DNA of 64,000 nucleotides, from the NCBI GenBank assembly GCA_024401635.1, contig JAKSKP010000001.1, forward strand, positions 21,364-85,363, read 5' to 3'. The DNA is from Bacteroidales bacterium (lineage in GTDB: Bacteria; Bacteroidota; Bacteroidia; Bacteroidales; UBA932). The number at the start of each line of letters is the position of its first letter. Within the stretch, counting starts at the first letter, position 1. Made by a program: the position numbers and the translations under genes. Of this stretch, positions 57,501 to 64,000 are shown one piece after another. A model generated the notes under the pieces. The model had not been told where the DNA came from, did not search any database, and was given only the letters and a program-made list of their open reading frames with translations.

Positions 57501-58459
57501 AGGGCTTCGAGCATACGTTTGAGCACCACCTGGGCTGAAACCACCCTGTTGGCGGCTTCGGGTATGACTATGCTTCGGGGCGAGTCTATGACCGCGTCGC
57601 TTACTATCATATTGCGCCTTACGGGCAGGCAGTGCATGAAATAAGCGTTGTCGGTGACTGCCATATGTGCCTCGTCAACTGTCCAGGAAAGGTCCTGTGA
57701 CAGAATGCGGCCGTAGTCGGCTGGGTTGGCCACTCCGGGGCAGCTCCAGTTCTTGGCATATACGAAGTCGGCTCCTTCCAGGGCTTTCATCTGGTCGTAT
57801 TCCACGCGGGCTCCACCGGCGAAGCGCGGATCCAGCTCGTAGCCGTGCGGATGTGTTATGACGAAGTCCACGTCGGCGGCGTTCATCCACTCCGCAAAGG
57901 AGTTTGGAACAGCCTGGGGCAGCGCTTTGGGGTGGGGGGCCCAGGTAAGGACCACCTTGGGACGCGCGGACTTGCGGTACTCGTCTATGGTTATGAGGTC
58001 GGCGAAGGCCTGACAGGGATGCACGGTGGCCGATTCGAGGCTGATCACGGGCTTGCCGGAGTATTGCACGAACTGATTGAGTATGGTCTCGCTGTAGTCG
58101 GCCTGCCTGTCGCTCAGCGAGGCGAAGGCCCTGACGGCAATTATGTCGCAGTAGCTTCCCATCACCGGTATGGCCTCGCGCAGATGTTCGGACTTGTCGC
58201 CGTCCATCACCACGCCCAGTTCCGTCTCAAGTTTCCAGCTGTCCTGCCCTATGTTGAGCACTATGGGGCTGAGTCCGAGATTGAGAGCCGCTTTCTGGGT
58301 GCTGAGGCGCGTGCGCAGGCTGCTGTTGAAGAAAACTATCATAACAGTCCTGTTCTCGCCCAGGCTCTTCCAGGCGAAGGGATTGCTTTTTACGGCTCTG
58401 GCCTCTTCCAGAGCCTTTTTCAGGTCCCCTATGTCCTGTACGTGGAAAAATGTTCTCAT
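57497..58459 (-). CDS. argF: N-acyl-ornithine carbamoyltransferase (ArgF', probably N-succinyl)
   Basis: SSLRTR, HPCQAFAD, WAPHPKALPQAV, HCLPVRRN; start at MRTFFH. Confidence 0.9.
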   Translation of the reverse strand: MRTFFHVQDIGDLKKALEEARAVKSNPFAWKSLGENRTVMIVFFNSSLRTRLSTQKAALNLGLSPIVLNIGQDSWKLETELGVVMDGDKSEHLREAIPVMGSYCDIIAVRAFASLSDRQADYSETILNQFVQYSGKPVISLESATVHPCQAFADLITIDEYRKSARPKVVLTWAPHPKALPQAVPNSFAEWMNAADVDFVITHPHGYELDPRFAGGARVEYDQMKALEGADFVYAKNWSCPGVANPADYGRILSQDLSWTVDEAHMAVTDNAYFMHCLPVRRNMIVSDAVIDSPRSIVIPEAANRVVSAQVVLKRMLEAL

Positions 58460-59577
58460 AATACCTCCTTCAATGCCTTTACGAAAGTGTCGGTGTCTTC
58501 TTTTGTCAGTACCAGAGGGGCCAGCAGCCGTATCATATTGCTGCCCGCCACTCCAGTGAATATGTGTTTTTCGAAAAGCAGTTTCCTGCGTATGTCCGCC
58601 ACGGGACAGTTGAATTCTATGCCCAGCATAAGTCCTTTGCCCCTTACCTCCTTTATCAGCGGTGAGGCAGGTATGGATGCCTTGAGGTATTCGCCTACCT
58701 CGAGGGCGTTCTCCACGAGTTTTTCGTCCTCGATTATGTCCAGTACCGCGAGGGCTCCGGCCATCGCGAGATAATTGCCACCGAAAGTGGTGCCCAGCCT
58801 GCCCTTGACGGGATTGAAGGCGGGGGAGAGCAGTATGCCTCCGCAGGGGAAGCCGTTGGCTATGCCCTTGCCCATAGTGATTATGTCGGCCTTGATGCCG
58901 TACCACTGGTGCGCGAAGAAACGGCCGGTGCGTCCGTATCCGCTCTGTACTTCGTCCAGTATGAGCACGGCTCCGTACGTATCGCACAGGCTGCGCAGGT
59001 GTTTCATGAAGTTTTCATCCGGAACGTTTATGCCTCCGCAGCCCTGTATGCCTTCGATTATGACTCCGGCCACGTCCCCGCCCCTGAGTGCCTGCTCAAC
59101 CGCTGCGGCGTCGTTCAGGTCACAGAAAGTGACCTTGTGGTTTGCGTTGAAGGGGGAGACTATCGCGGGATTGTCGGTGGCTGCCACGGCTCCGGAGGTC
59201 CTCCCGTGAAAACTCTTGCGGAAGGCTATGATGCGGTCCTTGCCGGTATGGAAGGATGCCATCTTGATGGCGTTCTCGTTGGACTCCGCACCGCTGTTGT
59301 CAAGGAAAAGGGAATAGTCGGGATAGCCGCAGGCTTTGCCGAGCCTGGCGGCAAGCTCTTCCTGCAGGGGGTTGCGTACGCTGTTGGAATAGAATCCTAT
59401 CCTGTCCAGCTGGTCTTTCAGGGCCTGGACATAGCGCGGGTGGCAGTGCCCCACGGAAATCACCGCGTGGCCGCCGTACAGGTCGAGGTATTCCTGACCC
59501 TTGTCGTCCCAGATGCGGCATCCCTTTGACTTTGCGGGAGTTACGTCAAACAGTGAATATACGTCAAAAAGTTTCAT
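58456..59577 (-). CDS. argD: Acylornithine aminotransferase
   Basis: DLYGGHAV, NSGAESNE, DEVQSGYGRTG, TTFGGN. Confidence 0.92.
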   Translation of the reverse strand: MKLFDVYSLFDVTPAKSKGCRIWDDKGQEYLDLYGGHAVISVGHCHPRYVQALKDQLDRIGFYSNSVRNPLQEELAARLGKACGYPDYSLFLDNSGAESNENAIKMASFHTGKDRIIAFRKSFHGRTSGAVAATDNPAIVSPFNANHKVTFCDLNDAAAVEQALRGGDVAGVIIEGIQGCGGINVPDENFMKHLRSLCDTYGAVLILDEVQSGYGRTGRFFAHQWYGIKADIITMGKGIANGFPCGGILLSPAFNPVKGRLGTTFGGNYLAMAGALAVLDIIEDEKLVENALEVGEYLKASIPASPLIKEVRGKGLMLGIEFNCPVADIRRKLLFEKHIFTGVAGSNMIRLLAPLVLTKEDTDTFVKALKEVL

Positions 59578-59587
59578 GTTTCTATTT

Positions 59588-60553
59588 TCAGAATTTGCAG
59601 CCCTTGAGCCTCAGTCCACAGTCCTGCGGCAGACCGAACATCAGGTTCATGTTCTCTACGGCCTGGCCGGCAGCGCCTTTTATGAGGTTGTCCAGACAGC
59701 TGATTATGTGCAGCTTGCTGCCGTATTTGCGTGGATAGAGCAGGGCTTTGTTGGTGCCCGTGACCATCTTCAGGTCTGGGTTGAAGTCGCATACGCTGAC
59801 AAAGGGGGAGTCGGCGTAATAGGCCTTGTAAAGGTCTGCGGCCTCATCTTCTTCAAGCGGGCAGTCCAGGTATACTGAGGCGAAGATTCCGCGCGGGAAG
59901 TCACCGCGAATCGGAACGAAGTTGATACCACCGTTCCAGGACGGGGCAAGCGAGGACAGGGTTTCGCCTATTTCCCCGAGGTGTTGGTGCGTGAATGCCT
60001 TGTATACGGATATGTTGTTGTCACGCCAGTTGAAGGCCGTACTTTCCTGCAGTTTCTGACCCGCTCCCGTGGCTCCGGTTAGTGCGGTGACGTGAATTTC
60101 ATTCAGCAGGTCTTTTGCAGCCAGTGGCAGAAGGGCAAGCTGTATGGCCGTTGCGAAGCAGCCGGGGTTGGCTATGTGCCTGGCTTTGCGTATTCTGTCC
60201 CTGAAGCAGTCGGTGAGCCCGTACACGAAATCTCCGGCATTGTCCTTGAGGCGGAAATCGTTGCCGAGGTCTATTATCTTTCCGTCGAATCCGGCGGGGA
60301 ATCCCGCAATGGTAGCCGCTGCGCTGCCGTGTCCTCCGCACAGGAACACCACGTCGCAGCGCATCACGTCGGCTTCCCCGCTGAACTCCATATCGGTATC
60401 GCCGTACAGGTCGGTGTGCACCCTGCTGACTTTCGCTCCTGCGTTGCTGATGCTCTGAGCAAAGACCACTTCCACCTGCGGATGGTGCAGCAGAAGGCGC
60501 AGCACTTCGCCTCCGGTATAGCCTGCGGCTCCTATTATGCCCGCTTTTATCAT
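59588..60553 (-). CDS. argC: N-acyl-gamma-glutamyl-phosphate reductase
   Basis: GAAGYTGGE, IANPGCF, DNLIKGAAGQAVENMN; start at MIKAGII. Confidence 0.93.
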   Translation of the reverse strand: MIKAGIIGAAGYTGGEVLRLLLHHPQVEVVFAQSISNAGAKVSRVHTDLYGDTDMEFSGEADVMRCDVVFLCGGHGSAAATIAGFPAGFDGKIIDLGNDFRLKDNAGDFVYGLTDCFRDRIRKARHIANPGCFATAIQLALLPLAAKDLLNEIHVTALTGATGAGQKLQESTAFNWRDNNISVYKAFTHQHLGEIGETLSSLAPSWNGGINFVPIRGDFPRGIFASVYLDCPLEEDEAADLYKAYYADSPFVSVCDFNPDLKMVTGTNKALLYPRKYGSKLHIISCLDNLIKGAAGQAVENMNLMFGLPQDCGLRLKGCKF

Positions 60554-61767
60554 AATTCCTTCTCTATTGATGAGGCTTCTTCGGGATGGGCGGCATAATA
60601 TGCCCTGAGTGCCGTGGATGTTACTTTGATGAAGCCTTTGGCATCTTCGCTGGTCCACCCTTTCTGCATCTCTCCATACTCGCCGAGCTTGTTTTTGACT
60701 ATGTCGTCGGGGGAGTCCACGCCGACGGTGGAGAAAGCGTAGGGCCTGAGTTCCATAGTAACGGTTCCGTTCACGTTGCGCTGGCTGCTCTCGAGCATAG
60801 CCTCGATGTCGCGCATCACTGGCTCCAGATACTGGCTCTCGTGCAGGAACATTCCGTACCAGTTCGCAACCTGGTCCTTCCAGTACTGCTGCCATTTGCT
60901 GAGAGTGAATTTCTCCAGGAACTTGTGGGCGGCTATTATCAGCATAGGCGCCGCGGCTTCGAATCCCACACGCCCCTTTATACCTATGATAGTATCGCCC
61001 ACGTGCATGTCGCGTCCTATGCCGTAGGGTGCAGCAATGGCTTCCACGGCACGTATCGCCTGGATTTTGTCCGCATACTGCACACCGTTGACGCTGCACA
61101 GCTCTCCGCCGTTGAATCCGAGGCTGACGGTCTCGCTTCCGCTTTTTGCCACCTGCTTGAGATAGGCGCTCTCGGGCAGACCCTGCCTGGAGTCGAGTAT
61201 CTCGCCTCCGCATATCGAAGTGCCCCACAGACCTACGTTGTAGGAATATTTGAGTTTCTTGAAGTCGGCGGGGAAGCCGTGGCTGTTCAGGTAATCCACC
61301 TCGAACTGCCTTGTGAGGGCCATATCCCTCGTGAGGGTGATGATCTCCGTGCCGGGGGCCATCACGAGGAAAGTCATATCGAAGCGCACCTGGTCGTTGC
61401 CGGCTCCGGTGGACCCGTGGGCAATGGCGTCAGCCCCTATCTCCTTGGCGTAGCGCGCTATGGCCATTGCCTGGAAAATGCGCTCCGAGGATACAGAAAT
61501 GGGGTAGGTGCCGTTGCGCAGCACATTGCCGAATATCATATACTTGAGGCTCTTGGCGTAGTATTCCCGGGTGACGTCCAGTGTTACATAGCCCTTCGCT
61601 CCCAGCTTGTAGGCGTTTTCCTCGTTTGTCTTCAACTGCTCCGGGGAGAATCCTCCGGTGTCGGCGCAGGCTGCATAAACTTCATAACCCTTTTCCTTGG
61701 TAAGGTACATTACGGTGAACGATGTGTCCAGTCCGCCGCTGTATGCCACTACAACTTTCTTTGCCAT
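60550..61767 (-). CDS. argG: Argininosuccinate synthase
   Basis: AYSGGLDTS, HGSTGAGNDQVRF; start at MAKKVVV. Confidence 0.95.
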   Translation of the reverse strand: MAKKVVVAYSGGLDTSFTVMYLTKEKGYEVYAACADTGGFSPEQLKTNEENAYKLGAKGYVTLDVTREYYAKSLKYMIFGNVLRNGTYPISVSSERIFQAMAIARYAKEIGADAIAHGSTGAGNDQVRFDMTFLVMAPGTEIITLTRDMALTRQFEVDYLNSHGFPADFKKLKYSYNVGLWGTSICGGEILDSRQGLPESAYLKQVAKSGSETVSLGFNGGELCSVNGVQYADKIQAIRAVEAIAAPYGIGRDMHVGDTIIGIKGRVGFEAAAPMLIIAAHKFLEKFTLSKWQQYWKDQVANWYGMFLHESQYLEPVMRDIEAMLESSQRNVNGTVTMELRPYAFSTVGVDSPDDIVKNKLGEYGEMQKGWTSEDAKGFIKVTSTALRAYYAAHPEEASSIEKEL

Positions 61768-61769
61768 AA

Positions 61770-62378
61770 CTATTTGAGGTTTTTGGACAATTGTTTGAGT
61801 ATCTTTCTGTATTTGATTTTGTCGATGAAGGTCTTCATCCCGTGCTTGGCAGGGTCGTAGAGCATACCTGTGCACAGACATTTGGTGCAGTTGTTCCGTG
61901 TGAGAACGTCGTAGTTGACGCAACTCTCGCACCCTTTCCAGAACTCGGGATCATTCGTCAGTTCGGAGAAAGTCACCGGCACGTATCCCAGTTCTGTGTT
62001 AATCTTCATCACTGCAAGGCCGGTTGTAAGGCCGAACAGCTTGGCATAGGGGAATTTGATGCGGGAGAGGTTGAAGGCTGCCTGCTTGATGGCCGTTGCG
62101 AGGCCCTTGCCTCTGTACTCCTTCTTCACGATAAGACCGGAATTGGCCACGAACTGGCCGTGTCCCCAGCATTCTATGTAACAGAATCCGGCGAAGTCGT
62201 CCCCCTTCATCGCTATTATGGCCTTGCCTTCCTTTATTTTGGTCTCTACGTACTCGGGCTTGCGTTTCGCAATTCCTGTGCCCCTGTCGCGGGCCGCATC
62301 TTCTATTGTCTTGAGTATTTCAGGAACATATTTCAGGTGTTCCTGTGTCGCTACTGTGATTTTGAATCCGGGTATCAT
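61770..62378 (-). CDS. GNAT acyltransferase, candidate N-acylglutamate synthase
   Basis: LIVKKEYRGKGLA acyl-CoA motif; lies between argR and argG. Confidence 0.75.
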   Translation of the reverse strand: MIPGFKITVATQEHLKYVPEILKTIEDAARDRGTGIAKRKPEYVETKIKEGKAIIAMKGDDFAGFCYIECWGHGQFVANSGLIVKKEYRGKGLATAIKQAAFNLSRIKFPYAKLFGLTTGLAVMKINTELGYVPVTFSELTNDPEFWKGCESCVNYDVLTRNNCTKCLCTGMLYDPAKHGMKTFIDKIKYRKILKQLSKNLK

Positions 62379-62379
62379 T

Positions 62380-62850
62380 TTATATCAATTTGTTTTTAAT
62401 TCCGGGTATGCAATGTTCGGCCTCGTCCAGGACTTCGGACAGGGCGGAGGCTTTGCGGAGTATCATAAGGATGGTGTCGTCGCCGGCTATTGTGCCCATC
62501 AGGTTGCGGTTGGTGACGTTGTTGTCTATCGTGAGAGCTATGGCTCCGGCGAAACCGGGACCTGTCTTTATCACGACCAGATTGCCGGATGCGTCTATGC
62601 TGATGATGCCGTCGGCACCGCCTCTTGCGGGAATGTTGTGGCGGTGGCCTATGCTGTAGCGGTAGCCGTCACCCACAGGCACCTTCACCACCTGCAGGGC
62701 CTTCAGGTCACGGGAAAGTGTGGCCTGAGTTACCTCTATCCCTTTTTCCTTCAGTTTGCGGACCAGTTTTTCCTGGCTGCCGATGCGGTTCGATGAAATG
62801 ATTGAAGATATTGCCGCCAGGCGGCTGTCCCTTGTCTTGCTGTCTCCCAT
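62380..62850 (-). CDS. argR: Arginine repressor
   Basis: SQEKL, VTQATLSRDL, GTIAGDDT. Confidence 0.95.
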   Translation of the reverse strand: MGDSKTRDSRLAAISSIISSNRIGSQEKLVRKLKEKGIEVTQATLSRDLKALQVVKVPVGDGYRYSIGHRHNIPARGGADGIISIDASGNLVVIKTGPGFAGAIALTIDNNVTNRNLMGTIAGDDTILMILRKASALSEVLDEAEHCIPGIKNKLI

Positions 62851-62893
62851 ATTGTATAAATATGCAATAATATTGAATATTTATGCAAATATA
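62851..62893 (-). promoter_or_regulatory. Tandem ARG boxes overlapping the arg operon promoter
   Basis: ATTGTATAAATATGCAAT (62851-62868) + 3 nt + ATTGAATATTTATGCAAA (62872-62889); CAAATATA 62886-62893 = TATATTTG on minus. Confidence 0.85.
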
Positions 62894-62938
62894 GGCAAAT
62901 TATGGCAATGTGCAAGCTGTTTTGCGTGCAAATTGCGT

Positions 62939-63601
62939 CTAGAACATCTTCTTTTTGCTGACAGTGGGGACGTAGTCCTTCAGATAGAAGGGCTCGAAGT
63001 ATGCAAGGTCGCGGAAATTCCCGCTTGTGAACTCGCGTTCGGCAAGCTCCGCCATTGCAGCGGCGTCCGGCATCGCTTCGATGAATTCTCCCTTGCCGAT
63101 GATATCACGGCACTTGAGCGCTCCGTCGCCTATGAAAACGGCGTTTTCCGCTATGTCGGCGTATGCGCCCTCTTCGACGATCTTCGCTTCAACGTCGCTT
63201 GTGCGCCTGCCCTCCGCGTCATAGTTCGCTGTGAACACTTCGTTTCTTCTGGCATCTATCATTGGCACTATGGTGCATCCGGCCTTGTGCGGGGCCATTG
63301 CGGCCAGGACGTCGAGAGATGACACCGACAGCATTTTCAGGCCGGCTCCGAAGCAGAGCCCCTTGGCCGTGCTCAGACCGACGCGAAGGCCCGTGTATGA
63401 GCCGGGGCCGTCGCTGATGCACACGGCATCAAGGTCAGATGCCTTCAACCCCGCCTCCTTCAGTACGCTGTCACAGAAAACAGCTGTCAGACTGGCGTGC
63501 TGTCTGGATGCGTCGTTGCGCCTGGCCACCACCTTCCCGTCAATTCCGACGGCGGCCGAGCATAAAGCCGTAGATGTTTCGATCAGAAGAATTTTTGCCA
63601 T
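62939..63601 (-). CDS. tsaB: tRNA t6A biosynthesis protein TsaB
   Basis: IETST, GPGSYTGLRVG, IDARRNEV, FEPFYLK; start at MAKILL. Confidence 0.93.
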   Translation of the reverse strand: MAKILLIETSTALCSAAVGIDGKVVARRNDASRQHASLTAVFCDSVLKEAGLKASDLDAVCISDGPGSYTGLRVGLSTAKGLCFGAGLKMLSVSSLDVLAAMAPHKAGCTIVPMIDARRNEVFTANYDAEGRRTSDVEAKIVEEGAYADIAENAVFIGDGALKCRDIIGKGEFIEAMPDAAAMAELAEREFTSGNFRDLAYFEPFYLKDYVPTVSKKKMF

Positions 63602-63655
63602 AGTTTTTATATCTTTGCAATTATGCTGAAGACAATACAAAATTAACAAAAATAT

Positions 63656-64000
63656 ATGAACAAACTATTACTTTCAATTATGTCACTGGCAATGTCAGCA
63701 TTGCCGGCGGCGGCACAGTCACGTATCAACGACGAGGCCGTACAACGTGCCCGGCAGATAGTCTCGAAGATGACCCTTGAGGAGAAATGCCGCCTCATCC
63801 ACGGGGATGAGAGCCGTGAGACTCCGGATTGCGATGGCTTCCACATTCTTGGCAACGAGCGTCTGGGCATACCCGCGGTGAGAATGGCCGACGGCCCCCA
63901 GGGCGTGAGGAACAACACCCACAGCACCTATTATCCCTGCGGCATCTCGCTGGCGGCATCCTGGAACAGGGACGTTGCCACCGGAGTGGGAACCGGCATA
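63656..64000 (+). CDS. GH3 glycoside hydrolase, N-terminal part (runs off window)
   Basis: Manual translation: signal peptide, KMTLEEK, RLGIPAVRMADGPQGVR, YPCGISLAASWNRD. Confidence 0.88.
   Translation, partial: MNKLLLSIMSLAMSALPAAAQSRINDEAVQRARQIVSKMTLEEKCRLIHGDESRETPDCDGFHILGNERLGIPAVRMADGPQGVRNNTHSTYYPCGISLAASWNRDVATGVGTGI

Noticed and set aside
60586-61860. 424-aa antisense ORF over argG, and the many other 60-330 aa shadow ORFs in the track
   Set aside because: They overlap well-supported genes, lack recognisable motifs and are expected at this GC content
57497-61932. Long N-terminal extensions of argF', argC and argG in the ORF track
   Set aside because: They are alternative frames of the upstream genes; family N-termini begin at 58459, 60553 and 61767
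62365-62410. Direct repeat TCCGGGTAT at the argR end and GNAT start (IPG twice)
   Set aside because: Too short; explicable by chance coding

Overview
Core-chromosome segment of an anaerobic Bacteroidales bacterium. The assignment rests on recurrent TAnnTTTG promoter elements, a TonB receptor, type V pilins and an ArgF'-type arginine operon; a gut/rumen RC9/Cryptobacteroides-like lineage is a guess. Genes in order: 3' end of pnp, gdhA, nagB, korAB, alkaline phosphatase-DASS transporter-DcaP porin, groESL, GH27, alr, patB, a Cache-HAMP-PP2C phosphatase, then a trimeric [FeFe]-hydrogenase operon headed by a TM1266 regulator, a TonB receptor and a signal-less binding protein. Next come a sugar-nucleotide cluster (plant-type galacturonokinase-like kinase, nucleotidyltransferase, rmlD, ugd, truncated epimerase), a type V pilus locus with a divergent AraC, a YjbH-like/DUF3869-like lipoprotein/OmpA locus, tRNA-Arg(CCG), an ABCG-like exporter, the full arg operon with tandem ARG boxes, tsaB and the start of a GH3. 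No integrase, transposase, prophage or CRISPR array was seen. Best candidates for undescribed biology: (1) a bacterial uronic-acid salvage route to UDP-sugars; (2) an outer-membrane uptake module built into a hydrogenase operon; (3) the YjbH-like barrel with a His-rich Ig-repeat lipoprotein and OmpA; (4) a type V pilin fused to a Firmicutes SipW/BsaA-like domain, with a partner protein. All family calls come from motif recognition by eye; no searches were run.
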